64,000 nt of DNA from Myxococcales bacterium (GCA_016720545.1 JADKKK010000003.1:473516-537515); one strand, 5' to 3'; shown: positions 46,037 to 56,371, numbered from the stretch's first letter. Numbers and translations: made by a program. Notes: generated by a model not told the origin, from the letters alone.

Positions 46037-47557
46037 TCAGAGCAGCACGCGGAACGTGGAGGCGGCCTCGCCGTCCTGGAGCTCGACGCCGAGCTCCATC
46101 AGCTCCTTGCGGAGCGCGTCAGCGCGGGCGAAATCCTTCTGGTCGCGCGCCTCACGGCGCTCGGCCACCTTCGCCTCGATCTGGGCGCCGTCGAGCCCGC
46201 GAATGCGGAGCCGCTGCGCGCGCGTGCGCTCGAAGAACTCCTCGGCGGGCGCTCGCATGAGGCCGAGCGGGCCCACCGAGCCGTCGAGCGCGTTCACGCA
46301 CGCCGCGGCGAGCTTGCGCGCCTCGTCTTGGGCGGGCTTGTCCTTCTTCAGCTTCGCGACCTGCTGGACGATCTCGTTGCCCGCCTTCGCGAGCTCCGCG
46401 AGCACGGAGAGCGCGACCGGGGCGTTCAGGTCCTTGTCGAGCGCGCCGAGGACGTTCGCGGCGGCGGACTCGACGACCTTCGCCTGACCTTGCAGCACGT
46501 TGCCGACCTTGGGCTCGTGCCCCGCGGCGGCGCGGAGGAGCGCCTCTCGTGTAGAATACAGGTACTCGACCCGACGCTCCGCCTCGTCGACGCCGGGGAA
46601 GACCACGCGCCCGTCGGGGCGCTTCTCCACGTCGAAAGCGAGGGGGCCGCGGTAGTGCGTGCCGAGCAGAAAGTACCGGAAGCCTTCGGGATCGTTGCGT
46701 TCGAAGACGTCGCGGATCGTCACGAAATTGCCGAGCGACTTGCTCATTTTCTCGCTGTCGACGTTCAAGAACCCGCCGTGCATCCACACCTTCGCCAGCT
46801 CCGGGCCGTGGGCGGCCTCGCTCTGCGCGATCTCGTTCTCGTGGTGCGGGAACATGAGGTCCATGCCGCCGCAGTGGATGTCGAAGTGCGGTCCGAGGTA
46901 GCGCTCCGCCATCGCGGAGCACTCGATGTGCCAGCCGGGCCTGCCCTTCCCCCAGGGGCTCTCGAAGCCGAAGGCCTCGTCGGTCGAGCCCTTCCAGAGG
47001 GCGAAATCGAGCGGATCGCGCTTGATGTCGCCGACCTCCACGCGCGCGCCAGACAGCAGCTCGTCGATCTTCCGGCGGGAGAGCTTCCCGTAGCTCGGGA
47101 ACGAGCGCACGGCGAAATACACGTCGCGCCCCTTGGCGGTGTCGGCCGCGTAGGCGTGGCCCCGCTCGATCAGCGCCGCGATGAGGGTCACGATCTCGTC
47201 GATGTGGGTGGAGACCCGGGGCGAGTGATCGGGCGCTTGGCAGCCGAGGCGCGCGAGATCGGCGTCCGCCATGTCGCTCATGCGCCGCGAGAGCGCGAGC
47301 GGCTCCTCGCCGTTCTCGGCGGCGCGTCGCACGATCTTGTCGTCCACGTCGGTCACGTTGCGCACGTGCGTCACCCGGAGCCCTCGCGCGCGGAGGTGGC
47401 GCACCAGCACGTCGAAGGTGGTGTACGTGCGCGCGTGCCCCGCGTGGGCGAGATCGTACGTGGTGATGCCGCAGACGTAGAGACGGGCCTCGCCAGGCAC
47501 CGTGGGCTCGAAGGGCTCGAGCTTCTGAGAGAGCGAGTTGTAGAGGCGTATCGACAT
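46037..47557 (-). CDS. cysS: Cysteine--tRNA ligase.
   Basis: Class I motifs HAGHARTY (HIGH-type) and KMSKS, plus zinc-binding Cys. Full length, 506 aa. Confidence 0.95.
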   Translation of the reverse strand: MSIRLYNSLSQKLEPFEPTVPGEARLYVCGITTYDLAHAGHARTYTTFDVLVRHLRARGLRVTHVRNVTDVDDKIVRRAAENGEEPLALSRRMSDMADADLARLGCQAPDHSPRVSTHIDEIVTLIAALIERGHAYAADTAKGRDVYFAVRSFPSYGKLSRRKIDELLSGARVEVGDIKRDPLDFALWKGSTDEAFGFESPWGKGRPGWHIECSAMAERYLGPHFDIHCGGMDLMFPHHENEIAQSEAAHGPELAKVWMHGGFLNVDSEKMSKSLGNFVTIRDVFERNDPEGFRYFLLGTHYRGPLAFDVEKRPDGRVVFPGVDEAERRVEYLYSTREALLRAAAGHEPKVGNVLQGQAKVVESAAANVLGALDKDLNAPVALSVLAELAKAGNEIVQQVAKLKKDKPAQDEARKLAAACVNALDGSVGPLGLMRAPAEEFFERTRAQRLRIRGLDGAQIEAKVAERREARDQKDFARADALRKELMELGVELQDGEAASTFRVLL

Positions 47558-47634
47558 GGCCGCGCGACTCTACACGAAGCTCGGCCGCGTTCGGCCTCCG
47601 AGTGTTCCAGGGGCGTGGTAACCTTCGCCCGGCC

Positions 47635-48195
47635 ATGTCTCCGTCCAGCGCGAGCGTCCGCCTCCGCGTTTTCGTGCAGATTGCAGCCATCTCGGCGGCA
47701 GTCCTAGGGAGCGGCGCGCTCGGTTGCGGTGGGGGCCGCTCGTTCGATGCCGGCGTCTTCCGGCAGGGCGAGCACATCGCGTTCCGCGTCCCCGAGCCGC
47801 CCGCCAGCTGGCGGCGCCTGGAGATGGCGCAGGCGAGCCTCGCCTTCCGCGACGACGCGGCGGGCGCGAGCGTCCTCGTGAACGCGCAGTGCAAGCGCGC
47901 CGACGACGACACGCCGCTCGCGGCGCTCACGAACCACCTCCTCATCGGCACGACCGAGCGGCAGCTCGAGTCGCAGACCGTGGCCCCCTTCGACGGCCGC
48001 GAGGCCCTGCAGACCAAGGTCCGCGCGAAGCTCGATGGCGTGCCGTTCGCGTTCGACATCTTCGTGCTGAAGAAGGATGGCTGCATCTACGACTTCGTGC
48101 TGGTGGCCCCCGAAGAGAGCGCCGAGGCGAGCCGTCCCACGTTCGAGGGGTGGGTGCGCGGGTTCCGCACGCTGCCCGGCGCGGGGGTCCTGTGA
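47635..48195 (+). CDS. Lipoprotein of unknown function, 186 aa.
   Basis: Signal peptide/lipobox VLGSGALGCGG. Its stop overlaps the mlaE start (GTGA). Confidence 0.55.
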   Translation: MSPSSASVRLRVFVQIAAISAAVLGSGALGCGGGRSFDAGVFRQGEHIAFRVPEPPASWRRLEMAQASLAFRDDAAGASVLVNAQCKRADDDTPLAALTNHLLIGTTERQLESQTVAPFDGREALQTKVRAKLDGVPFAFDIFVLKKDGCIYDFVLVAPEESAEASRPTFEGWVRGFRTLPGAGVL

Positions 48196-49064
48196 GCGGC
48201 CTCGCCGCCACGCCGTCCCCCGGGGGGGACGCGCCTCCGCCTTCTCGCCGAGCCTCGATCGTCGCGCCGCCCGAGCCGCCGAAGCCCGATCGCAAGCTCG
48301 AGGCGCTTCAGTTCCTCGAGCACCTCGGCGAGGTCACCGTGCTCTCGGCGCGCACCTTCCGCATGCTCTGGAAGCGACCCTTCGAGACGCGCTCGACGCT
48401 CCACCAGATGGAAATGCTCGGCGTGAAGTCGATGGGCATCGTCAGCGTGACGAGCATCTTCATCGGCATGGTCATGACGATCCAGTTCGCGTTCGGTCTG
48501 AAGCGCTTCGGTGGGCTCGAGTACATCCCGCGAGTCATCGTGCTCTCGTTCCTCCGCGAGCTCGCGCCCACCCTCACCGCCGTCATCGTGGGGGGGCGCA
48601 TCGGCAGCGGCATGACGGCCGAGGTCGGGGCGATGAACGTGACCGAGCAGGTGGACGCGATCCGCGCGCTCGGCGCCGATCCGGCGAAGAAGCTCGTGCT
48701 CCCGCGGGTCTTGGCGAGCGTCCTCATCATGCCGGTGCTCAGCGTGTACGCGCTGATCCTGGGCACCGTCGGCGCGATCGTGATTTGCGCCGCCCAGTTC
48801 GGGATCGCGCCCAAGAATTTCGTGCTCTCGGCGCTCGAGGTCATCAAGATGGGTGACTTCTTCAGCGGTCTCCTGAAGACGCCGGTGTTCGGGTTCATCA
48901 TCGGCATCGTCGGGTGCCACTACGGCCTGCGCACCTCGGGCGGCACCGAGGGCGTGGGCCTCTCGACCACGCGCACCGTGGTGGCAGTGAGCATCTCCAT
49001 CCTCATCGCGGACTTCCTGCTGACCAAGCTCTTCATGCTCTTCATGCCGATGGCCGGTGGCTGA
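48192..49064 (+). CDS. mlaE: MlaE-family ABC transporter permease.
   Basis: Strong match to MlaE (GRIGSGMTAEVGAMNVTEQVDAIRALGADPAKKLVLPRVLASVLIMPVL). GTG start overlapping the upstream stop. Confidence 0.85.
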   Translation: MSGLAATPSPGGDAPPPSRRASIVAPPEPPKPDRKLEALQFLEHLGEVTVLSARTFRMLWKRPFETRSTLHQMEMLGVKSMGIVSVTSIFIGMVMTIQFAFGLKRFGGLEYIPRVIVLSFLRELAPTLTAVIVGGRIGSGMTAEVGAMNVTEQVDAIRALGADPAKKLVLPRVLASVLIMPVLSVYALILGTVGAIVICAAQFGIAPKNFVLSALEVIKMGDFFSGLLKTPVFGFIIGIVGCHYGLRTSGGTEGVGLSTTRTVVAVSISILIADFLLTKLFMLFMPMAGG

Positions 49065-49069
49065 GGCCG

Positions 49070-49495
49070 ATGGCTGATCTGGCCAGCGCCGAGGCGGCCG
49101 AGGCGGGGGGTGCGGGCGACGCCACACACCGCGCGCGCGCGGGGTTCTCGACCGGCCGCGGCATCGTCGCCGCCGGGATGCTGGTCGCGCTGCCCCTCAC
49201 CATCGCGGCGCTCGGGACGCACGCCTCGCTCGCGCGACGCGCCGAGGCCGCCCGCGCGCCCGCCAAGCGGCTCGTAGTGAGCCGCCTGCCGTCCGCCGAT
49301 CTCGCCTTCGCTGGAGGCTCGCGCCACCTCCGCTTTCTCTCGCTCGAGGAGCCACAAGCCGCCTTCGCGGACGGCCCGGGTCTGCCCGATCCCGATCCGG
49401 CGGGCGGCCTCGTCGGGGTGCCACGCGAGACCTTCGCGGGCGCCTACACCCGCGAGGCGCCCGCGAAGACCAAAGGCCGCGAGGCGCGGCCATGA
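49070..49495 (+). CDS. Hypothetical membrane-anchored protein, 141 aa.
   Basis: High GC3. One TM (IVAAGMLVALPLTIAALG). No recognisable domain. Confidence 0.4.
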   Translation: MADLASAEAAEAGGAGDATHRARAGFSTGRGIVAAGMLVALPLTIAALGTHASLARRAEAARAPAKRLVVSRLPSADLAFAGGSRHLRFLSLEEPQAAFADGPGLPDPDPAGGLVGVPRETFAGAYTREAPAKTKGREARP

Positions 49496-49570
49496 ACCCC
49501 CAAACGAGCCAGCGGCACGCGGCGTGTCTATGCCACCCGACCGAAGCGACCGCGGCATGAACGAAGGTCG

Positions 49571-50773
49571 ATGGCGAGCCCGAGCCGAGGGCGAGGTGGC
49601 GCCGTGAACCTCGGCCTGCTCGCGTTCGCGCTCCGCGCCGTCGCGAGGCGCAGAGCTCGCGCCGTGGCCACCGGCGGTGGGCTCACGTTCGCCGTGGCCC
49701 TCGTGGCCGCCGTCCTCTTCCTCGCGGACGCGCTGCGCGCAGAGTCGACCGCGGCCCGCGACGCCCTGCCGGACGTGGTGGTCTCGCGCCTCGTAGGCGG
49801 CCGGCCGGCGGTCATCTCCATGCAGTCTGCACACAAACTCGCGCGCATCGACTCCGTGCGGCGTGTGAGGCCACGGGTATGGGGCTACGTGTTCGTGCCC
49901 GCCCTCCAGTCGAACGTGGTGGTCATGGGTGCGCCGCCGGACGCCCCCTCCCTCGAGGCGGTGGGGGGCGCGCTCGCCGCGGGGCGCGACCTGCGGCCCG
50001 GCGCCCACGAGATGGTCGCGGGCGCGCGGATCGCCAAGTTCCTCGGGCTCGAGGTGGGCGACCAAATGGTCCTGCCGTCGCCCAACCCCCTCGCGCCCTC
50101 GCTCCAGCTCGTGGGCACGTTCGACTCGCGGATCGATCTGTTCACCACCGACGTCGTGATGATGTCGAACGACGACGCGCGCGCGGTGCTCGGCATGGCC
50201 GAGGACCAGGCCACGGACCTCGCGCTCGACCTCGCGAACCCCGACGAGTCCCCCATCGTCGCGCGCACCGTGCTCGAGCGCATGCCGGACGCCCGGGTGA
50301 TCGACAAGAAGCTCCTCGTGCGCGCGCACACGCTCGCCTTCGGACGTCGCTCCGGGATCGTCCTCGCCGCCTCCGCGCCCGTGCTGCTCGTGCTCCTCGT
50401 GCTCGCGTGGGACCGCCTGAGCGGCTTCGGCGACGCCGAGCAGCGCGAGATCGCCGTGCTGAAGGCCGTGGGCTGGAGCACGAGCGAGGTGCTCTGGGCG
50501 AAGCTCTCCGAGTCGCTCCTCGTTGGCGCCTTCTCCACCGCTGCGGGCCTCGTGCTGGCGTACGTGTGGGTGTTCGTGGCGGGCGCGCCGCTCTTGCGTC
50601 CCGCCCTCGCGGGCTTCGGCGTGCTTTACCCGGAGGCGCCGCTCACCCCGCAGGTGGACGCGGCGCAGCTCTTGGCGGTCACGCTCGCCGTGCTCGGACC
50701 GTACGCCGCGCTCTCGATCGTTCCCGCGTGGCGCGCCGCCCAGATCGATCCGATGGACGCGATGCGAGGTTAG
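49571..50773 (+). CDS. ABC transporter permease, FtsX/MacB/LolE-type (4 TM with a large periplasmic loop). The start could instead be GTG 49604.
   Basis: N-terminal TM after an RRRAR motif, a ~200-aa periplasmic domain, and the C-terminal FtsX three-helix module (AVLKAVGWSTSEV…). Confidence 0.75.
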   Translation: MASPSRGRGGAVNLGLLAFALRAVARRRARAVATGGGLTFAVALVAAVLFLADALRAESTAARDALPDVVVSRLVGGRPAVISMQSAHKLARIDSVRRVRPRVWGYVFVPALQSNVVVMGAPPDAPSLEAVGGALAAGRDLRPGAHEMVAGARIAKFLGLEVGDQMVLPSPNPLAPSLQLVGTFDSRIDLFTTDVVMMSNDDARAVLGMAEDQATDLALDLANPDESPIVARTVLERMPDARVIDKKLLVRAHTLAFGRRSGIVLAASAPVLLVLLVLAWDRLSGFGDAEQREIAVLKAVGWSTSEVLWAKLSESLLVGAFSTAAGLVLAYVWVFVAGAPLLRPALAGFGVLYPEAPLTPQVDAAQLLAVTLAVLGPYAALSIVPAWRAAQIDPMDAMRG

Positions 50774-50835
50774 CGCGGACGTCGGGCGCGTCGGTCACCC
50801 TCGATGCTCACGTCGACTCATGCGAGCATGCCAGC

Positions 50836-51417
50836 ATGGAAGTCGACCGCGACGCCGCCGCGAGCCACATCGAAGGTTTCCTCCGCGCCATAGGCCGTGA
50901 TCCCGACGCCGATCCCGAGCTCGCCGAGACGGGCCGACGCGTGGCCGAGGCGTTCGTCGACGAACTGTGTGCAGGATACACTCTTTCGCCGCAGCTGCTC
51001 CTCCGCGAGAGCGCGATCGAGGGGACCGCGGAGCTCGTCGTCGTGCGCGACGTGCGGCTCGCCACCACCTGCCCCCACCACCTGATGCCCGCGATCGGCC
51101 ACGCTACGGTGGCGTTCGCGCCGGCCGGCCTGCTCGTGGGCGTCGGGACGATCGTGACCGTGCTCGAGGCGTGCGCGCGGCGCCTCGTGCTGCAGGAGGC
51201 GCTCGGCGAGGACGTGGTCGAGGCGCTCGACGCCGAGCTCCGGCCGCGCTGGGTAGGGTGCCGCCTGGTGCTGACCCACGGCTGCATGGTCGCCCGCGGC
51301 GAGCGCGCGCACGGCGCCGTCGTCGAGACCCTCGCCCTCCGTGGGTTCGCAGAGGGCGACGTGAGCGGGCGCCTCATGGCCCACCAAGTGCTCGGGCTCG
51401 GGCAGAGGGCCCTGTGA
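50836..51417 (+). CDS. folE: GTP cyclohydrolase I.
   Basis: Catalytic/zinc motif TTCPHHLMP and the family-typical sequence. 193 aa. Confidence 0.9.
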   Translation: MEVDRDAAASHIEGFLRAIGRDPDADPELAETGRRVAEAFVDELCAGYTLSPQLLLRESAIEGTAELVVVRDVRLATTCPHHLMPAIGHATVAFAPAGLLVGVGTIVTVLEACARRLVLQEALGEDVVEALDAELRPRWVGCRLVLTHGCMVARGERAHGAVVETLALRGFAEGDVSGRLMAHQVLGLGQRAL

Positions 51418-52112
51418 GCGCGCCGCGCGGCGTCGCGGTCGTGACAGGCGCGGGGAGCGGCATCGGCCGCGCGGTCGCGAAGGCCCTCTTCGCGCGAGGA
51501 CTCGACCTGGCGCTGCTCGGGCGCACCAAGGCCACGCTGGAAGCGACGGCGCGGGAGGTGCTCGACGGGGCGACCGCAGGGCGAGCGCTCGCGCTGCGGT
51601 GCGACGTCTCCGACCCGGCCGGGGTCGCCCACGCCTGCCGCAGGGCGGTCTCGGAGCTCGGCGTCCCGCGCGTGGTGGTGCACAGCGCAGGCGTCGTGGT
51701 GCGCGCACCGGTCGAGGCGACCACCGACGACGCGTGGCGCTCGGTGCTGGGCATCAACCTGGACGGGACGTTCCACGTCACGCGCGCGCTGCTGCCTGCG
51801 ATGCGCGAGCGCGGCGAGGGGCGCTTCGTGGCCATCGCGAGCATCTCGTCGACGCTCGGAACCCCCAAGCTCTCCGCCTACTGCGCCGCGAAATGGGGCG
51901 TCGTTGGCTTCATGAAGGCGCTCGCCGAGGAGCTCCGCGGCTCCGCGCTCGCCGCGATGTCGGTCCTGCCTGGCTCGGTCGACACGGCCATGCTCGACGG
52001 CAGCGGCTTCGCGCCAGCGATGCAGCCGGAAGACGTGGCCAACACGGTAGTGTACGCCGCGCTCGACGCGCCCCTCGCGATGAACGGGAGCGCGATCGAG
52101 ATCTTCGGCTGA
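51414..52112 (+). CDS. SDR-family oxidoreductase (pteridine/sepiapterin-reductase-like by context).
   Basis: GTG start overlapping the folE stop (GTGA). TGAGSGIG, NSAG-type and YCAAK motifs. Confidence 0.8.
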   Translation: MSAPRGVAVVTGAGSGIGRAVAKALFARGLDLALLGRTKATLEATAREVLDGATAGRALALRCDVSDPAGVAHACRRAVSELGVPRVVVHSAGVVVRAPVEATTDDAWRSVLGINLDGTFHVTRALLPAMRERGEGRFVAIASISSTLGTPKLSAYCAAKWGVVGFMKALAEELRGSALAAMSVLPGSVDTAMLDGSGFAPAMQPEDVANTVVYAALDAPLAMNGSAIEIFG

Positions 52113-52174
52113 GCTGCGCTTCACCATCGCGCGGCGTCCGAGAGGTCTTCGACGAGGGTGGGCGCTGGCTTGGA

Positions 52175-52915
52175 CTAGCTGGTTCTCACGAGCCGGCGCA
52201 CCACGTCCGGGTGGTCGGTGGTGATGGCGTCGACCCCAGCCTCCAGCAGCCCGCGCACGATCGCCCGATCGGACGTGGTCCAAGGGGCGACCGCGAGCCC
52301 GGCGCCGTGCGCCGCTGCGACGCTCGCCTCGGTCACGAACGACCAGTGCGGGAGGAGCACGTCGGCCTTCGCGCGGCGCGCCATCTCCAGCTCGTCGACG
52401 GGACGGCACGCGTAGAGAATTCCCGTGAGAATACGCCTAGATAGGAGCTTGATTTGCCTCACCAGCGCGTGGTCGAAGCCGATCACCATCGCGCGGTCGA
52501 GCATGCCGAGGCTCGTGAGCAAGTCGACGACCGCGACGTCGATGCCCGGGGTGTCGACGGGGCAGTTCTTGAGCTCAATCTCGACCCCCACGCCCGCCCC
52601 GTCGGCCCACACGAGCGCCTGCTCGAGCGTGGGGACTCGCTCGCCGGCCCAGGCATCGCCGAACCAGCTCCCCGCGTCGAGCTGCGCGAGCTGCGCGCGC
52701 GTGCGCGACCGCACGGGCCCTCGACCCGACGTGGTGCGGGCGAGCGTGTCGTCGTGGATCACGACGGGCACTCCGTCGCGCGAGAGCTGCACGTCGAGCT
52801 CGATCCAGTCGGCCCCGAGCTTGGCGGCCCGGGCGAAGCTGCCGAGCGTGTTCTCGGGGCTCGTGCCCATCGCTCCCCGATGACCGACCACCGCGGGCCT
52901 GCCAGAGCGCCGCAC
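52175..52915 (-). CDS. Glycerophosphodiester phosphodiesterase family protein. The start is uncertain (GTG at 52915 chosen).
   Basis: VVGHRGAMGTSPENTLGSF (HR…ENT catalytic motif) and the rest of the GDPD fold. Upstream in-frame sequence is Arg-rich junk. Confidence 0.7.
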   Translation of the reverse strand: MRRSGRPAVVGHRGAMGTSPENTLGSFARAAKLGADWIELDVQLSRDGVPVVIHDDTLARTTSGRGPVRSRTRAQLAQLDAGSWFGDAWAGERVPTLEQALVWADGAGVGVEIELKNCPVDTPGIDVAVVDLLTSLGMLDRAMVIGFDHALVRQIKLLSRRILTGILYACRPVDELEMARRAKADVLLPHWSFVTEASVAAAHGAGLAVAPWTTSDRAIVRGLLEAGVDAITTDHPDVVRRLVRTS

Positions 52916-53451
52916 GCGGCCGACGGCGGTGTCGGGCTCAGCCTCGGCGTTCTCAGGGGCGCCTCTCGGCGCGCGCTTGGTCGACGAAGTCACTCCGCGT
53001 CCCGCTCGTGTTGCCATGCGCGGAGTAGAGCACGACGAGGCGCCCGCGCGCGCGTGAGCGCGCCGAGAAGTTGCCCCGCGCGGGCCGCGGGTGATTGGGT
53101 GCCGGCATGCGACACGCCGTCCACACCTCCTCGAGCGCGAGCGCCCACGCGACCGCTCCCGCGGCTCGGCCCCGCGAGCGCGGCCCCTCGCTCCGACACG
53201 CTCCCGTACGCCGCCACGACCCCCGCGAGGAGCCGCTCCCGCAGCCACTTCCCTTGCTTCGCGACGCGCTCGACGAGCTGGGTGACGCCGGGCTCCAGCG
53301 GTCCGCGCGCGCCCTCCACGTGATCGAGATCTACGAGCCCTGGTCGCGTATGCGTGACCTTCGACGCGAGCGCTGAACCAGCGCTCACGCTCTTCGAGCC
53401 GGCGTAACGCCGAACGCTCCAACGGCGCGCCGCGCCTGGTAGGCTCTCCCG

Positions 53452-54447
53452 ATGGGCACCTCGCGCGCGGCCACGGCCATGCTGACCGCCGGCCTCGTGG
53501 CGGCGCTGCTGGGCGTCTCGTGTGGCCGGTCGCTCCCGTCCTCACCGCACGCGCCGGGCGGCCCGCGGCCCGAGGCGGCGCACCTCGCGAACGAGGGCTG
53601 CACGACCTGCCACGAGGCCATCGGCCAGGAGTGGCGCGCGTCGAACCACGCCGAGGCGTTCCGACACGGCACCTTCCAGCTCGCCTACACCATCGAGCCG
53701 CTCGCTTTCTGCGCTCGGTGTCACGCGCCCGAGGCCGACGCGTCGCGACCGCTGCCGCCCGCGTCGGAGCTCGGCGTGGCGTGCGTCACCTGCCACCCGG
53801 GGGGACGACGCTGGCGGACCCCCACGCCCGCGGGGAGCACGCCGCTCGCTCGCGCCGACGCGGCCTGCGCTTCTTGCCACGAGTTCCCCTTCCCGAGCGA
53901 CGGCGCGGGGACTCCATCGCGCCTCATGCAGAAGACCATGAGCGAGCACGCGATCGCCTCGGCCAAGGGCACGCCGTGCGTCGGGTGCCACATGCCCTCG
54001 GTCGCAGAGCCTGGCGGCGGACGCCACGTGGATCACCGGTTTTTCGCCTCGCGCAGCGCCGAGCTCGTGCGGCGGGCCGCGCGGATCGAGGTGCGTCGTG
54101 AGGGCGCGGCGGCGGTCTTCACGTTCACCCGCGCAAGCGCCGGCCACGCGCTCCCGACCGGCGATATTTTCCGGAGACTGCGCCTCGTCGTGGAGTCGGA
54201 CTCGGCGAAGCGGACCACGTGGCTCGCGAGGAGGACCCGAGAGTCGGCCGCCGACGGGACCGAGCCCGACACGCGGCCTTTCGCCGATGGGCGCGACGTG
54301 TACGTGGCGGTCGTCCCGCTGCACGACCTACGCGGGGACCTCCGCTATCGGGTCGTCTACGAGCGCGTCGCGCACCCCAACGGCGAGGACGACGAGGGCG
54401 CGACGGTCGACGGGGCGATCGAGCTCACCCGCGGCGAGCTCCGCTAG
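53452..54447 (+). CDS. Penta-heme c-type cytochrome lipoprotein.
   Basis: Five CxxCH motifs (CTTCH, CARCH, CVTCH, CASCH, CVGCH). Signal peptide/lipobox LLGVSCG. Confidence 0.8.
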   Translation: MGTSRAATAMLTAGLVAALLGVSCGRSLPSSPHAPGGPRPEAAHLANEGCTTCHEAIGQEWRASNHAEAFRHGTFQLAYTIEPLAFCARCHAPEADASRPLPPASELGVACVTCHPGGRRWRTPTPAGSTPLARADAACASCHEFPFPSDGAGTPSRLMQKTMSEHAIASAKGTPCVGCHMPSVAEPGGGRHVDHRFFASRSAELVRRAARIEVRREGAAAVFTFTRASAGHALPTGDIFRRLRLVVESDSAKRTTWLARRTRESAADGTEPDTRPFADGRDVYVAVVPLHDLRGDLRYRVVYERVAHPNGEDDEGATVDGAIELTRGELR

Positions 54448-54532
54448 AGACGGCGGGGGGGTGGTCGCACCTTGCGCACCTTGCGCGCCTTGCGCGCCTT
54501 GCGCACCGACGGGGCGGGCGTAGCGTGGAGCC

Positions 54533-55207
54533 ATGCGCTCCCCGTCCGTGGTCGCCCGGATCTCCGTCACACGTTCGCGCGCGCGCTCGACCGCGCGAGC
54601 CTGGGCGATCACCGCGCTCGGCGCGCTCGCCGCAGCGCCGGCCATGGGCGCCTGCGCCCACCCCGATCCCATCACCGTCGAGCTGCCGCGACCGTCGGCG
54701 AGCGGTCCGCGCCCCGACCTCTTCCCGACCGCGTCCGTCGCCACGCCGGCGCCCGCTCCCACCGCGACCGAGCCCGCGAAGCCGACGCCCTTCCCTCTCA
54801 CCCAGCTCCAGACCAACGCGCCCGCGCTCGGCGGCCCATGCGGCGCGAGCACGCGCGCGTTCTGCGGGACCAGCGGCCGCGTGGCGGTGACCGCGCACCA
54901 GTTTCAGTTCCGCGGGCCGGAGCAGCCCGCGTGCCAGCCCGTCAGCCTGGGCCGCCCGGACGTCGCCGCCCCCCACGTGACCTCGGCCTGCGTCGAGGGC
55001 GACCACCTCTTCGTCACCACGAGCTGCATCATCTGTCGCTCGCCCTCGGGCACCTCCATCGAGGGGCTCGTCTCGGACATGACCCCAGGCCAGCTCGCCT
55101 TCGTCCAGAAGCAAGCCGGCCTCGACGGGCCGCCCCTGCTCAGCGCGCAGGAGTGGGACCTGGCGATTCGCTCGGCGCACTCCAACTCACTGAAAGAGAA
55201 GCACTAA
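54533..55207 (+). CDS. Secreted hypothetical protein with 8 Cys, 224 aa.
   Basis: Signal peptide WAITALGALAAAPAMGAC. Coding GC3. Confidence 0.5.
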   Translation: MRSPSVVARISVTRSRARSTARAWAITALGALAAAPAMGACAHPDPITVELPRPSASGPRPDLFPTASVATPAPAPTATEPAKPTPFPLTQLQTNAPALGGPCGASTRAFCGTSGRVAVTAHQFQFRGPEQPACQPVSLGRPDVAAPHVTSACVEGDHLFVTTSCIICRSPSGTSIEGLVSDMTPGQLAFVQKQAGLDGPPLLSAQEWDLAIRSAHSNSLKEKH

Positions 55208-55292
55208 CCGGCGCGCGGGCTCGACCTGGCCGACCGCCACGATGGCGCGACCGCTCGCGTCGTTCGTGGCGCAACGGTAAAGTCGAGATCCT

Positions 55293-55943
55293 TTGGACGC
55301 CCCGCCCGACCTCATCGCCGCGCTCCCCTGCCTGCCGCTCTTCCCTCTCCCCGAGGTCGTGTTGCTCCCGGGGGCGCGCCTGCCCCTGCACGTGTTCGAG
55401 CCGCGCTACCGCGTGATGCTCGAGCGGTGCATGGCCACCCACCGCGCGCTCGCCGTCGTGCAGCTGCTGCGCGGGACCGACGCGCAGGGCCTCCCGCGCC
55501 TCGCGAGACTCGCTGGCGGCGGCATCATCACCGAGCACCACGCGCTGGCGGACGGGCGGGCGAACATCCTCGTCGAGGGCTTGGCGCGCCTCGAGCTCGA
55601 GGAGCTCGCGTTCGAGCCACCCTACCGGCGCGCGCGCGCGACCGTGCTGCACGACGCGCCGGGCCAGCTCGCGGAGCCCGACCGCAGGGCCCTCCTCAGC
55701 GCCGCGACCACCTTCGCGCGCCTCGTGCGCGGCCACGATCGATCGTTCTCGTTCCACGTCGACCCAGCCGAGCCGCGCCTCGTCGAGCTCTGCGCGTTTC
55801 AGCTCGTCGTCGACGCCGAGCTCCGCCAGTCCCTCCTGGAGGAGCCGAGCTTGGCTGTGCGCGCTCAGAAGGTCACGGAGGCGCTGATGGTTCAAGCGGC
55901 CACGCTCGGGCAGCAGAGCGGCGCGGGGCGCGATGTCAACTGA
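55293..55943 (+). CDS. Stand-alone Lon protease N-terminal (substrate-binding, LON/PUA-like) domain protein.
   Basis: LPLFPLPEVVLLPGARLPLHVFEPRYRVML is the canonical start of the LON N-domain. No AAA+ or protease domain follows. TTG start. Confidence 0.7.
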   Translation: MDAPPDLIAALPCLPLFPLPEVVLLPGARLPLHVFEPRYRVMLERCMATHRALAVVQLLRGTDAQGLPRLARLAGGGIITEHHALADGRANILVEGLARLELEELAFEPPYRRARATVLHDAPGQLAEPDRRALLSAATTFARLVRGHDRSFSFHVDPAEPRLVELCAFQLVVDAELRQSLLEEPSLAVRAQKVTEALMVQAATLGQQSGAGRDVN

Positions 55944-56301
55944 AGGCCGCGCGCCAAAGCTCGTCGGGACGCTCACGCTCGAAGCCCTCGAAGGCCAGGC
56001 GCACGTGCGAATGCCCTACCCGCCCTTCGACGTGCTCGTCGCGATGGTGGAGGGCGTGCCGCGCGCGATCGAAGACGCGTGCAACCACGCCGGCGCCAGC
56101 TTGAGCCCGGGCCCCCGCACGAAGGACGGGCGGTGTGTCGTGTGTCCGGTGCACGGGTACGTCTTCCAGCTCGTCGACGGGAAGCTGCGCAGCCCTCGTG
56201 GGCTGTGCGGCGACCAGCGCACCTTCGAGGTGCGGAGAGAGCCCGACGGCACCCTCTCGGTCTGGGACACCTTCGACCTCACGGTGAGCGCCGCGCCTTG
56301 A
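55933..56301 (+). CDS. Rieske [2Fe-2S] domain protein, 122 aa.
   Basis: CNHAG…(17 aa)…CPVHG = CxH…CxxH Rieske ligands. Overlaps the upstream gene by 11 nt. Confidence 0.7.
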   Translation: MSTEGRAPKLVGTLTLEALEGQAHVRMPYPPFDVLVAMVEGVPRAIEDACNHAGASLSPGPRTKDGRCVVCPVHGYVFQLVDGKLRSPRGLCGDQRTFEVRREPDGTLSVWDTFDLTVSAAP

Positions 56302-56371
56302 CCGCGGACCGCCCGCGGAGGCGCGCCGCCGCCTGGCGCGCGAGGGCGCTGAGGCGCTAACCTTCGGCGCC

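Noticed and set aside
46152-48086. 644-aa minus ORF overlapping cysS out of frame
   Set aside because: cysS (46037..47557) is certain. This ORF is its frame-shifted shadow.
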